Shown here: one piece after another, positions 50,201 through 60,770 of the stretch
How positions within the stretch are numbered: position 1 is the first letter of the stretch
How the letters are laid out: the number at the start of each line of letters is the position of its first letter
Source: Octopus sinensis
Taxonomy: Eukaryota
Direction: 5' to 3'
Assembly: GCF_006345805.1 (NCBI RefSeq)
Contig: NC_043004.1
Coordinates: 31,620,001-31,684,000 of the forward strand
DNA: 64,000 nucleotides
The notes under the pieces: generated by a model
Seen by the model: the letters and a program-made list of their open reading frames with translations, nothing else
The model's database searches: none
Told to the model about the DNA's origin: nothing
Program-made: the position numbers and the translations under genes

Positions 50201-53200
50201 ACATCCATCCATCCAAACATCCATCCATACATCCATCCATCCATACAAACATCCATCCATCCAAACTTCCAACCAAACATCCATCAATCCTTCCATCCAT
50301 ACAAGCATCTATCCATCCAAACATCCATCTATCAATCCAAACATCCATCTGTCCAAACATCCATCCATCCATAAATCCATCCAAACATCCATCCACCCAT
50401 CCAAACACCCACTATCCATCCATCAATCGAAACATCTATCCAAACATCCATCCATCCATACAAACATCCATCCATCCATCAAAACGTCCATCCATCCATC
50501 CATCCACCCATCCATCAATCCATCCAAACTTCCATCCACACATCGATCCACACATCCATCCATCAATCCAAACCTCCATCCATCCGTCAATCCAAACATC
50601 CATCCATCCATCAATCCTTCCATCCAAATATCCATCCATTCAAACATCCATCCATCCATCCATCTATACAAACATCCTTCCATGCAAACATCCATCCATA
50701 CATCCATCCATCCATCCAAACATCCATCAATCCTTCCATCTATACAAGCATCTATCCATCCAAACATCCATCTATCAATCCAAACATCCATCCATTCAAA
50801 CATCCATCCATCCATCAATACAAACATCCATCCATCCATCAATACAAACATCCATCCATACATCCATCCATACAAACATCCATCCATCCAAACTTCCATC
50901 CAAACATCCATCAATCCTTCCATCCATACAAGCATCTATCCATCCAAACATCCATCCATCTATCAGTCCAAACATCCATCTATCCATAAATCCATCCAAA
51001 CAACCATCCACCCATCCAAACATCCATCCACCCATCCAAACACCTACTATCCATCCATCAATCGAAACATCCATCCAAACGTCCATCCATCCATCCAAAC
51101 ATCCATCCATCCATCAAAACATTCATCCATCCATCTATCCATCCATCCATCCATCCAAACAGCCATCCAAACATCCATCCATCCATCCAAACATCCATCC
51201 AAACTTCCATCCATCCATCAATCCAAACATCCATCCATACATCCACCCATCCATCTATCAATATAAAAATCCATCCGTCCAGACATCCATCCACCCATCC
51301 AAACACCCACTATCCATCCACCAATCCAAACATCCATCCATCCATCGAAACATCCATCCAAATTTCCATCCATCCATCCATCCATCCATACAATCATCCT
51401 TCCATCCCTCCATCCATCCATCCAAACATCCATCACTCCATCAATCGAAACATTCATTCATCCATCCATCCATCCAACCAAACATCCATCCATCCATCAA
51501 TCCATCCAAACATCCATCCATACTTCCATCCATCAATTAATCCAAACATTCATCTATCAATACAAACATACATCCATCCAAACATCTATCCAAACATCCA
51601 TCCCTCAATCCATCCATCCATTCATCCATCCAAACTTCCATCCATCCATCCATCCATCCATCCATACATCCATCTATCCATCCAAACCTCCATCCATCCA
51701 TCAATCCAAACATCCATCCATCCATACAAACATCCATCCATCCAAACATCCATCCATCCATCAATCCATCCATACATCCAAACATCAATCCATCCATCCA
51801 AACCTCCATCCATCCATCAATCCAAACATCCATCCTAACATCCATCCACCCAAACATCCATCCAAATATCCATCCATACATCCATCCAAACATTCATCCC
51901 TCCAAGCATCCATCCAAACATCCATCAATCCATCCAAACATCCATCCATCCAAACATCCATCCATCCATACATCCATCAATTCAAACATCCATCCGTCCA
52001 AACATCCATCCATCCCTCCAAACATCCATCCATCCATCAATCCATCCATACAAACATCTCTCCAGCCAAACATCCATCAATCCATCCTAACATCTATCAA
52101 TCCATCAATCCATCCAAACATCCATCCATCCAAACATCCATCCATCCATCAAAACATCCATCCATTCATTCATCCATGCATCCAACCATACATCTATACA
52201 TCCATCCCTCCATTTAAACATCCATCCATGCATCCGTCCAAACATCCATACATACTTCCATCCATATATCCCTACATCCATCCATCCATACATACATACA
52301 TACATACAAAAACACCATGTATCCATCCATACATACATACATACAAAAACACCCTGTTGATGTTGAAATTCCAATGAAGGAGCCTTGGATCTAGGTCTGA
52401 AACTGGCTCTTTCTTTATTGGCAAGAAATGTTGCATGCATGGAGACTCATACACACACACACTTTATTTGTGGATTAACAAGGCTACCAAAGAAATCTCT
52501 CAAGAATGATCAAGGAATGTTGGTACTAATCTCCATCTTGGATGAGAATGTACAAAACTACAGGAGACCGAACAGGATTTCAAGATACAGATCATGGGAG
52601 GTAAGCGATAGAAATATTTTAATTGTTCTCTCCCTTGCATGATCCTGGTTTTTTATAATTAAATGTATTCATCATGGATTGATGAATTCCCAAGTCAATT
52701 TACGTAAGAATATTGGTGCAAGTCGAAATTTATAAATACTAGCTGGACCTGTGAAACATTCACGGAAAATATAAAAAGTATAAGCACTTGTAAATAGTGT
52801 GCTGGTGCCATGAGAAATGTTTCTATAATGTGACAGTTACAAAATATAGAAAGAAGTGTAAAACTGTTAACTATATAATCCAACCAAAATATCTGTTATG
52901 CAGACAGAAACAGAATTACTATTTAGCCTTAAAATACATCGGACATATTCAAAGAACTTTTTTGGTTTAGGGGTAAGGAACGTTCCTCTGGTATTCTTTT
53001 ACTTGTTTCAATCATTTGACAGTGGCCTTGCTAGAGCACAGCCCTTAAGTCAAAGAAATTGACACCTAGATTTATTCCCTGTAAGCTTGGTGCTTACTCT
53101 ATCCGTCTCATCTGCCGAACAGCCAAGTTACAGGGACGCAAACACACCAACATCAGTTGTCAAGCAATGTTGGTGGGGGGGACAAACCGATAGGATATGG

Positions 53201-54395
53201 CACTTTTTCACACAGCTGTCCTCATCCATTCTCACCACATGACCATACCAGTGCAGTCATCTCTCTTACACACCACATCTGATGCTTCTTAGGTACAACT
53301 TTTCTCTCAGGGCACTTACACTCTGTCGAGTATGCAAACTGACATTACACATCCATCAGAGCATACTAGCTTCATTCCTTGCGAGCTTACGCATATCCAC
53401 AGCAGTCACGGCCCATGTTTCACTACAATGTAGCATGGCTGTTTGCACACATGCATCATACAGTTTACCTTTTACTCTGAGCAAGAGGCCCTTTGTCACC
53501 AGCAGAGGTAGGAGCTCTCTGATCTTTGCCCAGGCTATTCTTATTCTAGCAGCTACACTTTCTGTGCACCCTCCCCTGCTACTGGCTTGGTCATCTAGGT
53601 AACGGAAGCTATCAACTATTTCTAGTTTTCCTCCCTGGAATGTGACAGAAATTGTTCTCTGCATGTTTTCAGTGTTTATTGCTCCTGAGCATCTGCCACA
53701 TACAAAATCTATCTTCCCAGTCAGCCTTCCTTTGATATTGCTGCACCCCTTATGTGTCCATAGCTTACACTGGGTACATCTTATAGAGTTTCTACCTACA
53801 CCTTTTCTACAGATCGAGCAGGGCCATCTACCTAAAGGGGTTTGTGGTTTGCCTGCCCTCCTACTTATTAAGAATTTGGTTTTAGCTAGGTTGACTCTAA
53901 GGCCCTTCGATTCTAATCCTTGTTTCCACACCTGAAACTTCTCCTCTAGTTCTGATAGTGACTCAGCAATTAGAGCAAAGTCGTCAGCATAGAAGCAAGG
54001 TTGTCAGCATAGAGCAAGGGTCTCAAAAATTTTTTCAAAAACTTTATCAGTGACCAGCATATTAAGATACCTTTTAAGGTGAAAATTATAAACACTTATA
54101 AATATGGGCAAAAGAAAAAATTCATATGCCAATATGCTGAAAAAATAGACTTTATATTGTCTAACTACATAGAATATTTCACTATAAATACACAGCATGT
54201 TGAAACGAGGAAAGCAAGCTTACAGAAATTTTTTTTTAAATTCCGTTAATGATATAAAGTCTATTTTTTCAGCATATTGGTATAGAAATTCTTTCTTTTG
54301 CCCTTATTTATAATAGTTTATATGTATATATATATATATATATACAGATATACAGATAGATAGATAGATAGATAGATATGTATGTATACACACAT

Positions 54396-54434
<39 letters not shown>

Positions 54435-55858
54435 CAAGTAAAAATTTGGCAAAAATTTGAAAAATATTAAAGTTGTATGTTGACTATTAATAAAATTAAA
54501 ATTATCTTCTGGAATTAAGTAAAAAAATGGTGAATTAAAAAAAGTTTGTACGTACATTTGCCATCTAAAAACAGTTCAAAGAAGCCATTCCAATCTCCAT
54601 CATACTGATACATGAACTTTAACTGAAATAAATGGTGGTAGGCAGAAACAGCAACATCACGAGGGTTGCGTGTCATGAGAATCATTTTAGATTTTTTGGT
54701 AAGTATCTCTCTTGGTAAATGATGAAAGAACATGTGATTGTTTAGAACTCTGGGTGATGGAAGCTGGTCTAGTTTTTCTTGGTCCATCAGCTCCATCATT
54801 GCAACACCTTTCTGTTCTGGGTTATAATCAGCAGAACCATTAACTAACATTCCAGCAATTTCCCACATCCAGTGACAACCTATGTTGGAAAGATTGAAGT
54901 TTCAAGAGTAGAACATAAACACCAATTCCTATGTCAACATCTCAATTATATTACTATAATGGCTACATGAGTAAAGTGCAGCTGTAAGAAGATTCACAGA
55001 ATTTATTAGAAATATTAATGATTAAATGCCTTAGCAAATCTGATTGGATATTTCAAAAGTACAAAATACTAACATAGATTCTCTTTAGATTGAAGATTAT
55101 AGGATTCTTGATATCAAAGAATCATTCAAGTCTGACCACACCATCTGTGCCAATATACAAATATTTCATCATTTTCATTTTATACCAGAATTCTACTATG
55201 AAAGGTTGCAAGAATTCAACAATGTGGTTGAAGCTTTTCGTTATCATATTAGAGGTACAGGTGTGACTATGGTTAAGTACCTTGGGCAAGTGTCTGCTAA
55301 TATAGCCAACCAAAGTCTTTTGGGTGGATTTGGTAAAAGGAAATTGAAAGGAGCTTGTATATTCTATATCCTTATAAAAAGCAAAGCTTGTTTGTATGTT
55401 TGTATGTTGACTACTGAAAACACTAAATAAAATTGACAATATTTCAGGTTTTTCCTGTCATTTAAATTAATGTGACCATTCCACAGATAACTGTGCACTT
55501 ATTTTCTGAAAATGGAAGAGGGGAAGCCAAGTTTGTGGTGTATTGAGTCCTATTTCTAACAATCCACATACTGTCTATTTTACTGTAATGTTTTTTACAG
55601 AATCAAAAGATACTCCACCTATCACTCACTCTTTTTCCAACATTCTCAAAGTTTATACATAACATATCCTTTGAAGTCACCGCCATACCTCTGTTTTCTC
55701 TCTGTCTATATATCTCTTTCTATGTCTATCTCTCTCTCTCTTTCTTTCTCTCTCTCTTACTACCTCTATTTTTTCTCTCTAGAAAAAAAATGTAAGACAG
55801 ATAGAAAGGGAGTTAGAGAAAAAACACAAGTGAGACAGGGTGGGTAAGAGACAGAGAC

Positions 55859-55898
<40 letters not shown>

Positions 55899-58800
55899 TA
55901 GTGGGCCACCCAGCCTTCAGTTCGGTCTGTATGGTACTTAAATGTATTTATAAGGCCCATATTGGCATCTATCATAATGCCCATTTTCCTTGCAATAAAA
56001 GTTGTTAAAAAGTACTTCAATATTGCACCACATAATTTAAAAGGGGTTACAGAGAAAAAACAAGTGAGATACCAGACCTCTGCTTCCTCTCAGTCTAAAT
56101 CTCCCTCTCTATGTCCATCTCTCTGACTGAACTACAGCCTCACATTATCAAAGCAAAAATCCTCACTGGATGCGGTAAGGGGGACATCGTATTTATACCT
56201 AGAATACCCCTAATACCAACAAATGTCCCCTTTCATTTCAAACAATTGCAATTCCCAGTGAGAGTCAGTTACATAATGACCATTAACAAGTCCCAAGGTC
56301 GAACACTGCAGGGCTGTTTCTCACGTGGTCAATTGTATGTAGGTTGTTCCAGAGTAGGAAGTCCACAGAAACTCTTCATATATTCTCCAAAGAAATAACA
56401 TAAAAACATTGTATATACTGAAGTTCTGTAAATGTTTTATAATTTTCGTACAATACATTTCTCTATTATTATCTGTATTACTTTCTGTATTTAGATATTC
56501 TAAATATATTTTTGAAGTTATGTCACGCAATATTTAAATACCTTTAACAATTTTTATTGTAAGGAAAATAGGCATGAAGACAGATGCCAATATGATCTTA
56601 TAAATACATTTCAACACTGTACAGACTAAGCCGAAGGCTGGGAGGCCCACTAGTATACACATAAACACACACACACACATACATGCACATACACACACAT
56701 ACATATGAGGTGGTATCAAAAAGTTCCTGGACTACTTGTGTTTAATAAAAAATAACTTATCTACCTAAGTTTTAACATCATCTCCTTCAAAATAGTCACC
56801 TTGCACAGAAATTCAGTGGTCCCAGTCAGGGCCGGCCCTAGGGTTGCTGGCACCCCAGGCAAGCTAAACTTTATTTACATTATTTACATTTGATGGATAT
56901 TTGTCCTCACCTTGTTTGTTGTAAACACAATGTTTTGGCTGATATACCCTCCAGTCTTCATCCGGTGTCTTAGGGAAATTTCGAACCTGGGTTCCCCAAG
57001 ACACCTGATGAAGGGTATATCAGTGGAAGCGTCGTGTTAACAACAAACAAGATGTGGACAGATATCCATCAAATGTAAATAATGTAAATAATGTACATAA
57101 TTCCTCATCTCTTAAATATAGAACTGTATTAAGCCAAATTGTGGCATGTGCAAGCTGACAGTCATGGAAATGTCCTTGTCTTTGTCACGCCCTCCTTGGT
57201 GGCCCCTAGTACATGGCACCCCAGGTGACTGTCCAAGTTGCTAGTACCTTGAACTGGTCCTGATCCCAACGTACCTACCACTTTTGGAATCTTGCCTGGA
57301 AGTCATATTCTGTAAGCAAGTTGAGGACTTTCTGTGATTTGCTCATGATCTTGACAATGGCGTTAAAACGGAAACACTTTGAGTTGCATTTTCATCTTGG
57401 GAAAGAGATGGAAGTCTGCAGGTGCTAAATCTGGTGAATAGGGCAGGTGTGGAAGCAACAGCATGTTGTTTTTGGTGAGAAACTCATGAGTGAGAAGAGC
57501 TCAGAGACAAGGTGGAGTGTCAACATGAAGAGTTCAATTCTTTGCGCTTCACAGATCCAGTTACTTTTGCTGGATGTCCTCCCTCAAACACTTCATAATG
57601 TTATTTATTGTCCTTTAATGTCCTCATGCACAACCTAGTGACCTTTTCTCCATATTCCTGGGGTTGATGTTCATGGCAGGTCTTCCAGATCACTTGTCAT
57701 CTTCCAGGGATGTTCTACTACTTTTGAAGTGCCCATGCCACTTGAAACATTGCATATGAGACATTGCCTTATCGCTGTAAGCTTGCTGAAGCATGCTCAA
57801 TGTCTTTGTAAATACTTCCCAAGTTTACAACAAATTTTCATATTGGCACTTTGTTACAACTTCCTGTCCATGACAAAAATTGCAGACTATAGCATACACA
57901 TGATAACAAAAACACAAATTTCACAACTTGTGAAATTAACACATCACTTGGCACATTGCATCATGAAGGTCACTACTAGCTCACACTGCACATGCAACTG
58001 TGTGTGGCTATCTGTTGGCATGCTACAGAATTAGTCCAGGAACTTTTTGAAATCAGCATGTAATGACGATTGGTTTCAATTTATATCATTTAAAATGAGG
58101 AAGTTTGTAATCATAGAACCAGAACCAGTCTTGTGTGCACTGGTATTAAAATAATTAATCAGAAACCAGAAAATGACAGAAAATAAAAGAAATACATTAC
58201 AATCCTCACCATTATTTTATGTTCATTTACCATACTGGTATGGATTGAACAAGCTGTCAAAGTGCTCATATCTGTCAGTGTTCATAATTTATAAAGTTTT
58301 TTTGAAATATATGATACAAAAAGGTTTGACTGAATAGTTACTGTATTTTAGTAAATCCTATATTATACACCTGTCTTCTATAATGTGTTTTAAGTTGCTT
58401 ATTTTATTATAAGCAATCATTTCAGCTATGTATGTATTGTAAAACTCAAGGTGAGTACAAAATCAAGGAATGTATGACAGAAAACCAGAGTATGTACAAG
58501 GTGAATCTTAAACCCACACTTTTTGGTTAATGACACTGAATATTAACAGCTATCTGTATCTGCATTTAGATTAGAATATTAACAGCTATCTGTATCTGCA
58601 TTTAGATTAGAATATTAACAGCTATCTGTATCTGCATTTAGGTTAGAATATTAACAGCTATCTGTATCTGCATTTAGATTAGAATATTAACAGCTATCTG
58701 TATCTGCATCTAGACTGTGGCTGTTGTCAGTGTCACAGAACTGACACCTGTGCCGGTGACATGTAAAAAGTACCTTTCAAGCATTGGGCTTCACAGAAGC

Positions 58801-59618
58801 AATGTGGCTGATGCTGGTGTTGTGGAACTAGCAACTGTGCTGGTGACATGTAAAAAGCATCTTTTGAGCACTGGGCCTCACAGAGGCAATGACATATGAC
58901 TGAGACCTTTGGCAATATGCTGTTCTTCAGAAGGAAGACCCATCAAGCCATGTGAAATCATAGTCGTAGCAGATACTGGTGTCATGCAAATGGCACCCAT
59001 GCTGGTGGCACATAAAAGCACACATTACACTCTTGGAGTGGTTGGCATTAGGAAGGGCATCCAGTCATAAAAACCATTCCAAATCAGACTGGAATCTGGT
59101 GCAGCCACTCAGCTTACCAGCCCTGGTCAAATCTCCTACCCATGCCAGCATGGACAACAGATGATGATGATGGTGACAAAAATTAAATACATCACAAAAT
59201 AGGTTTCAGTAAAAGAAATAATTATGTTAATGAGAATAAAGTTCATTTGAATTCAAGTAGTGTTTGTTATTTGTTCAAGGTAAACTATGTAATAGAAAGT
59301 CAATACGATTGGAATGGGGTTTTGAAAGAGAAAGTATAAGAAGAGATGTTTAAGAAGTGATCTGATAACTGAGATAATAGCAGAGACACTTGAACAAAGA
59401 GGAATGCATACACGTGATGGTGGAAGGATCTTAATGATGAAAGACTACATACCTGATTTCATGTAACCGAGAAGAAAAACATCATCATCTCTTACTGGCA
59501 TATCTGGAAGTTTGTCAAGATGTTCTTGAACATTTGGAAATGGTGGTACCAAAAATCCATTGTAATCATAGCTGAGTAATTGACATCCAGCAGGATCTTT
59601 GTGGTAAACTTCAGGCAT
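31864..59618 (-). CDS. Cytosolic PAPS-dependent sulfotransferase (Sulfotransfer_1 family), complete 5-exon CDS: join(59618-59453, 54879-54556, 37166-37063, 36894-36729, 31973-31864), 870 nt, 289 aa
   Basis: Exons join in frame (phases 1,1,0,1) with GT-AG introns to give [11 protein letters not shown]...[21 protein letters not shown]...PRVLNNH...[13 protein letters not shown]...[11 protein letters not shown]...KYEDLKKDP...CSFAKMK...[17 protein letters not shown]...STTY*. It contains the 5'-PSB loop, catalytic His, 3'-PB motif (RNPRD..VS) and RKGxxGDWKNxFT motif. No disabling mutation. Subfamily and orthology not assignable by eye. Confidence 0.93.
32780..36115 (+). mobile_element. RTE-clade LINE, near full ORF length, multiply disrupted (antisense in intron 4)
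   Basis: APE start ([30 protein letters not shown]), RT ([21 protein letters not shown]) and 3' UTR with (GAT)n. Confidence 0.92.
36263..36640 (+). mobile_element. SINE (family B head, different 3' body)
   Basis: AAGCTTGCTTCTCAACCATGTGG..GAGTTCAGTCC..TTGGGCAGGTGTCTT head, (GT)n, then a distinct CATGTCTGGCCATGG-containing body. Confidence 0.65.
36729..36894 (-). CDS. Sulfotransferase coding exon 4 (DPVSNVAK...SLFRK-G)
   Basis: Acceptor tttag|GAT; 166 nt; donor AAG|GTCCAA is weak but is required to keep the RKG motif. Confidence 0.85.
37063..37166 (-). CDS. Sulfotransferase coding exon 3 (LNYGSWFEY...KYEDLKK)
   Basis: Acceptor tttcag|TG, donor AAG|GTGAAA; 104 nt; matches the YGSW..H/Y and YEDLK segments of SULTs. 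Confidence 0.92.
39174..39398 (+). mobile_element. Probable 5' LTR of the Gypsy relic
   Basis: Starts TGTTGTG; AATAAA at 39373; followed by GTGATGATGAG, a decayed (G)TGGCGACGAG-type PBS, upstream of gag. Confidence 0.55.
39480..42340 (+). mobile_element. Ty3/Gypsy LTR retrotransposon relic (gag-PR-RT-RH; integrase missing)
   Basis: gag [22 protein letters not shown]; two decayed CCHC knuckles; protease LDTDSD; [26 protein letters not shown]; RNase [22 protein letters not shown]. Many stops and frameshifts. Confidence 0.9.
42341..43045 (+). mobile_element. R4/Dong-like RLE LINE fragment (CCHC + endonuclease)
   Basis: [38 protein letters not shown] and PVIIG motifs. Confidence 0.8.
43051..52345. 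repeat. ~9.3 kb degenerate (CCAT)n satellite with CAAA/CAAT/CATA variants and higher-order duplications
   Basis: Direct reading; the + strand is nearly devoid of G; diagnostic variant blocks recur at 461, ~1520-1580 and ~1835 bp spacing. Confidence 0.97.
52995..53178 (-). mobile_element. Family B SINE, 3' half
   Basis: Reverse complement contains TTGACAACTGATGTTGGTGTGTTTGCGTCCCTGTAAC...AAATGATTGAAACAAGTAAAAG. Confidence 0.75.
53183..53995 (-). mobile_element. RTE-clade LINE internal fragment (sense in intron 2)
   Basis: YADD region through [22 protein letters not shown] to ARNEASML. Confidence 0.9.
54556..54879 (-). CDS. Sulfotransferase coding exon 2 (GCHWMWEI...LFLDGK)
   Basis: Acceptor catag|GT, donor AAAT|GTACGT; 324 nt; overlaps track ORF 54515..54868. 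Confidence 0.93.
55898..56653. mobile_element. Helitron composite: Pif1 C-terminal fragment (+) bounded by two outward-facing CTAG 3' ends
   Basis: [36 protein letters not shown] at 56111-56398; CTAG termini at 55898-55901 (minus) and 56650-56653 (plus). Confidence 0.85.
56827..57262. mobile_element. hAT-like MITE nested in the mariner
   Basis: TIR CAGGGCCGGCCCTAGG vs CAGGACCAGTTCAAGG (11/16); degenerate 8-bp flanks GTCCCAGT/ATCCCAAC; internal GGCACCCCAGG repeated. Confidence 0.6.
56873..57124. mobile_element. Head-to-head inverted pair of the hammerhead-bearing tail
   Basis: Left arm 56873-56993 (minus) and right arm 56994-57124 (plus) are both homologous to 16300-16456; both hammerhead cores are mutated. 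Confidence 0.88.
58538..58715. repeat. 36-bp minisatellite, ~5 near-identical copies (GAATATTAACAGCTATCTGTATCTGCATTTAGATTA)
   Basis: Units start at 58538, 58574, 58610, 58646 and 58682. Confidence 0.97.
58720..59175 (+). mobile_element. RTE 3' UTR-derived fragment ending in (GAT)n; similar fragments at 36130-36240, 37220-37440, 38480-38630, 61495-61680 and 62965-63020
   Basis: GGAGTGGTTGGCATTAGGAAGGGCATCCAG...CCCATGCCAGCATGG...(GAT)n shared with the RTE copies. Confidence 0.75.
59453..59618 (-). CDS. Sulfotransferase coding exon 1 (ATG to YMKS-G)
   Basis: ATG at 59618; 55 codons + 1 nt; donor CAG|GTATGT. An acceptor (cacag) at 59637-59638 just upstream of the ATG implies a further non-coding exon. 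Confidence 0.9.
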
Positions 59619-60584
59619 GTTGTAACTATGGAATCTCTGTGAAGATATGTTTCACATATGAGTCAAATCATATATACAGGGTGCTGTGAATATATGGTTG
59701 TCTAAATTATGCAAAAATGAAAATAACACTGACATCTCATTTTAACAGATATATTTTGCAATTTATTACCTGGGCTAGAAAGTTACTGTTGAGCAATGTA
59801 AAAATCTATAACTGAATGTCACCAAATATTTTACCAAATGAATAGCAAAACACAAAAAATTATACATCATTAAATAAAACATTATTTAAAATGTTTTAAA
59901 ACCTTGTTACATGTGAGTCACTAATGTAAGTTGAGAGGAATGTCTCCTATATGTGTTCAAGTTGTAACATAATGTGTGTGGTTAGCATTTTTTTTTAAAA
60001 GACAGTTCATAGAAAGAATCCATTTCCAGTGATTTCTTAAAGAGGTGTGAATAAAGAATATTCAGAAGTCACGTTTGTAAAACAAAAGTATTGAAATTTA
60101 TTTGGTAGTGTAAAGAGTGCTACCAAGTGGTAACAAGGATTAATCTTGCATAGGAATGAGAACCAAATACATGTGTATGCAAGACAGGAAAAAATTGCAT
60201 GACTTACTATATACTCTGAGGTTTATATGAAGGAGAGTGGAAGTTGATATTAATCAAATGAGTTGCATGTAGTTGATGGTGGATACAGAAAATGTGACAT
60301 GTTGAAGAAAGCAAAGTTGCTTTTCGACAGTCTTTCCAGCAACTAGTTTGAAATTGCTGCTTCTATGCTGCTAAGGCAGATCACTGCCATTTTATTCACA
60401 TACCTCCAGCTCTGATTGGCTGAAATCTGACACAGCACAACTGAACTATGTCATGGTGATGTAATAGATCTTTCCTGACTCGCTACAACCTTAATATTTT
60501 AAAGAACAGGATATAATAGAAGCATAGTTCACTCCCTTGAACAGCCTACAGAAAACTTTATATGCACATTATTTAATAGCTGGC

Positions 60585-60770
60585 TGAATCGTTAGCACAC
60601 TTGGTAAAATGCTTAGCGGCATTTCATCCGTCATTACATTCTGTGTTCAAATTTCACTGAGGTCAACTTTGCCTTTTATGTTTTCGAGGTCAATAAATTA
60701 AGTACCAGTTGATGTAATCAACAAACCCCCTTCCCCAAAATTTCAGGCTTTGTAGAAAGACTTATTTCCA
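60585..60770 (+). mobile_element. Family A SINE
   Basis: GAATCGTTAGCACAC..AAAATGCTTAGCGGCATTTC..GTTCAAATTTC..GAGGTCAACTTTGCC. Confidence 0.75.

Larger units (their letters stand above)
56704..58062 (-). mobile_element. mariner (DD34D) relic with TIRs, interrupted
   Basis: TIRs TA....TG.T.TCAAAAAGTTCCTGGACT at both ends; [18 protein letters not shown] motif at about 57400-57450. Confidence 0.88.

Noticed and set aside
43338-51973. Very long ORFs (up to 665 aa) of HPSI/MDGW repeats
   Set aside because: They are translations of the (CCAT)n satellite, which rarely produces stops; there are no splice signals or domain content.
58538-58715. 36-bp repeats resembling a CRISPR array
   Set aside because: The units are directly adjacent with no unique spacers, there are no cas genes, and the context is a eukaryotic intron.
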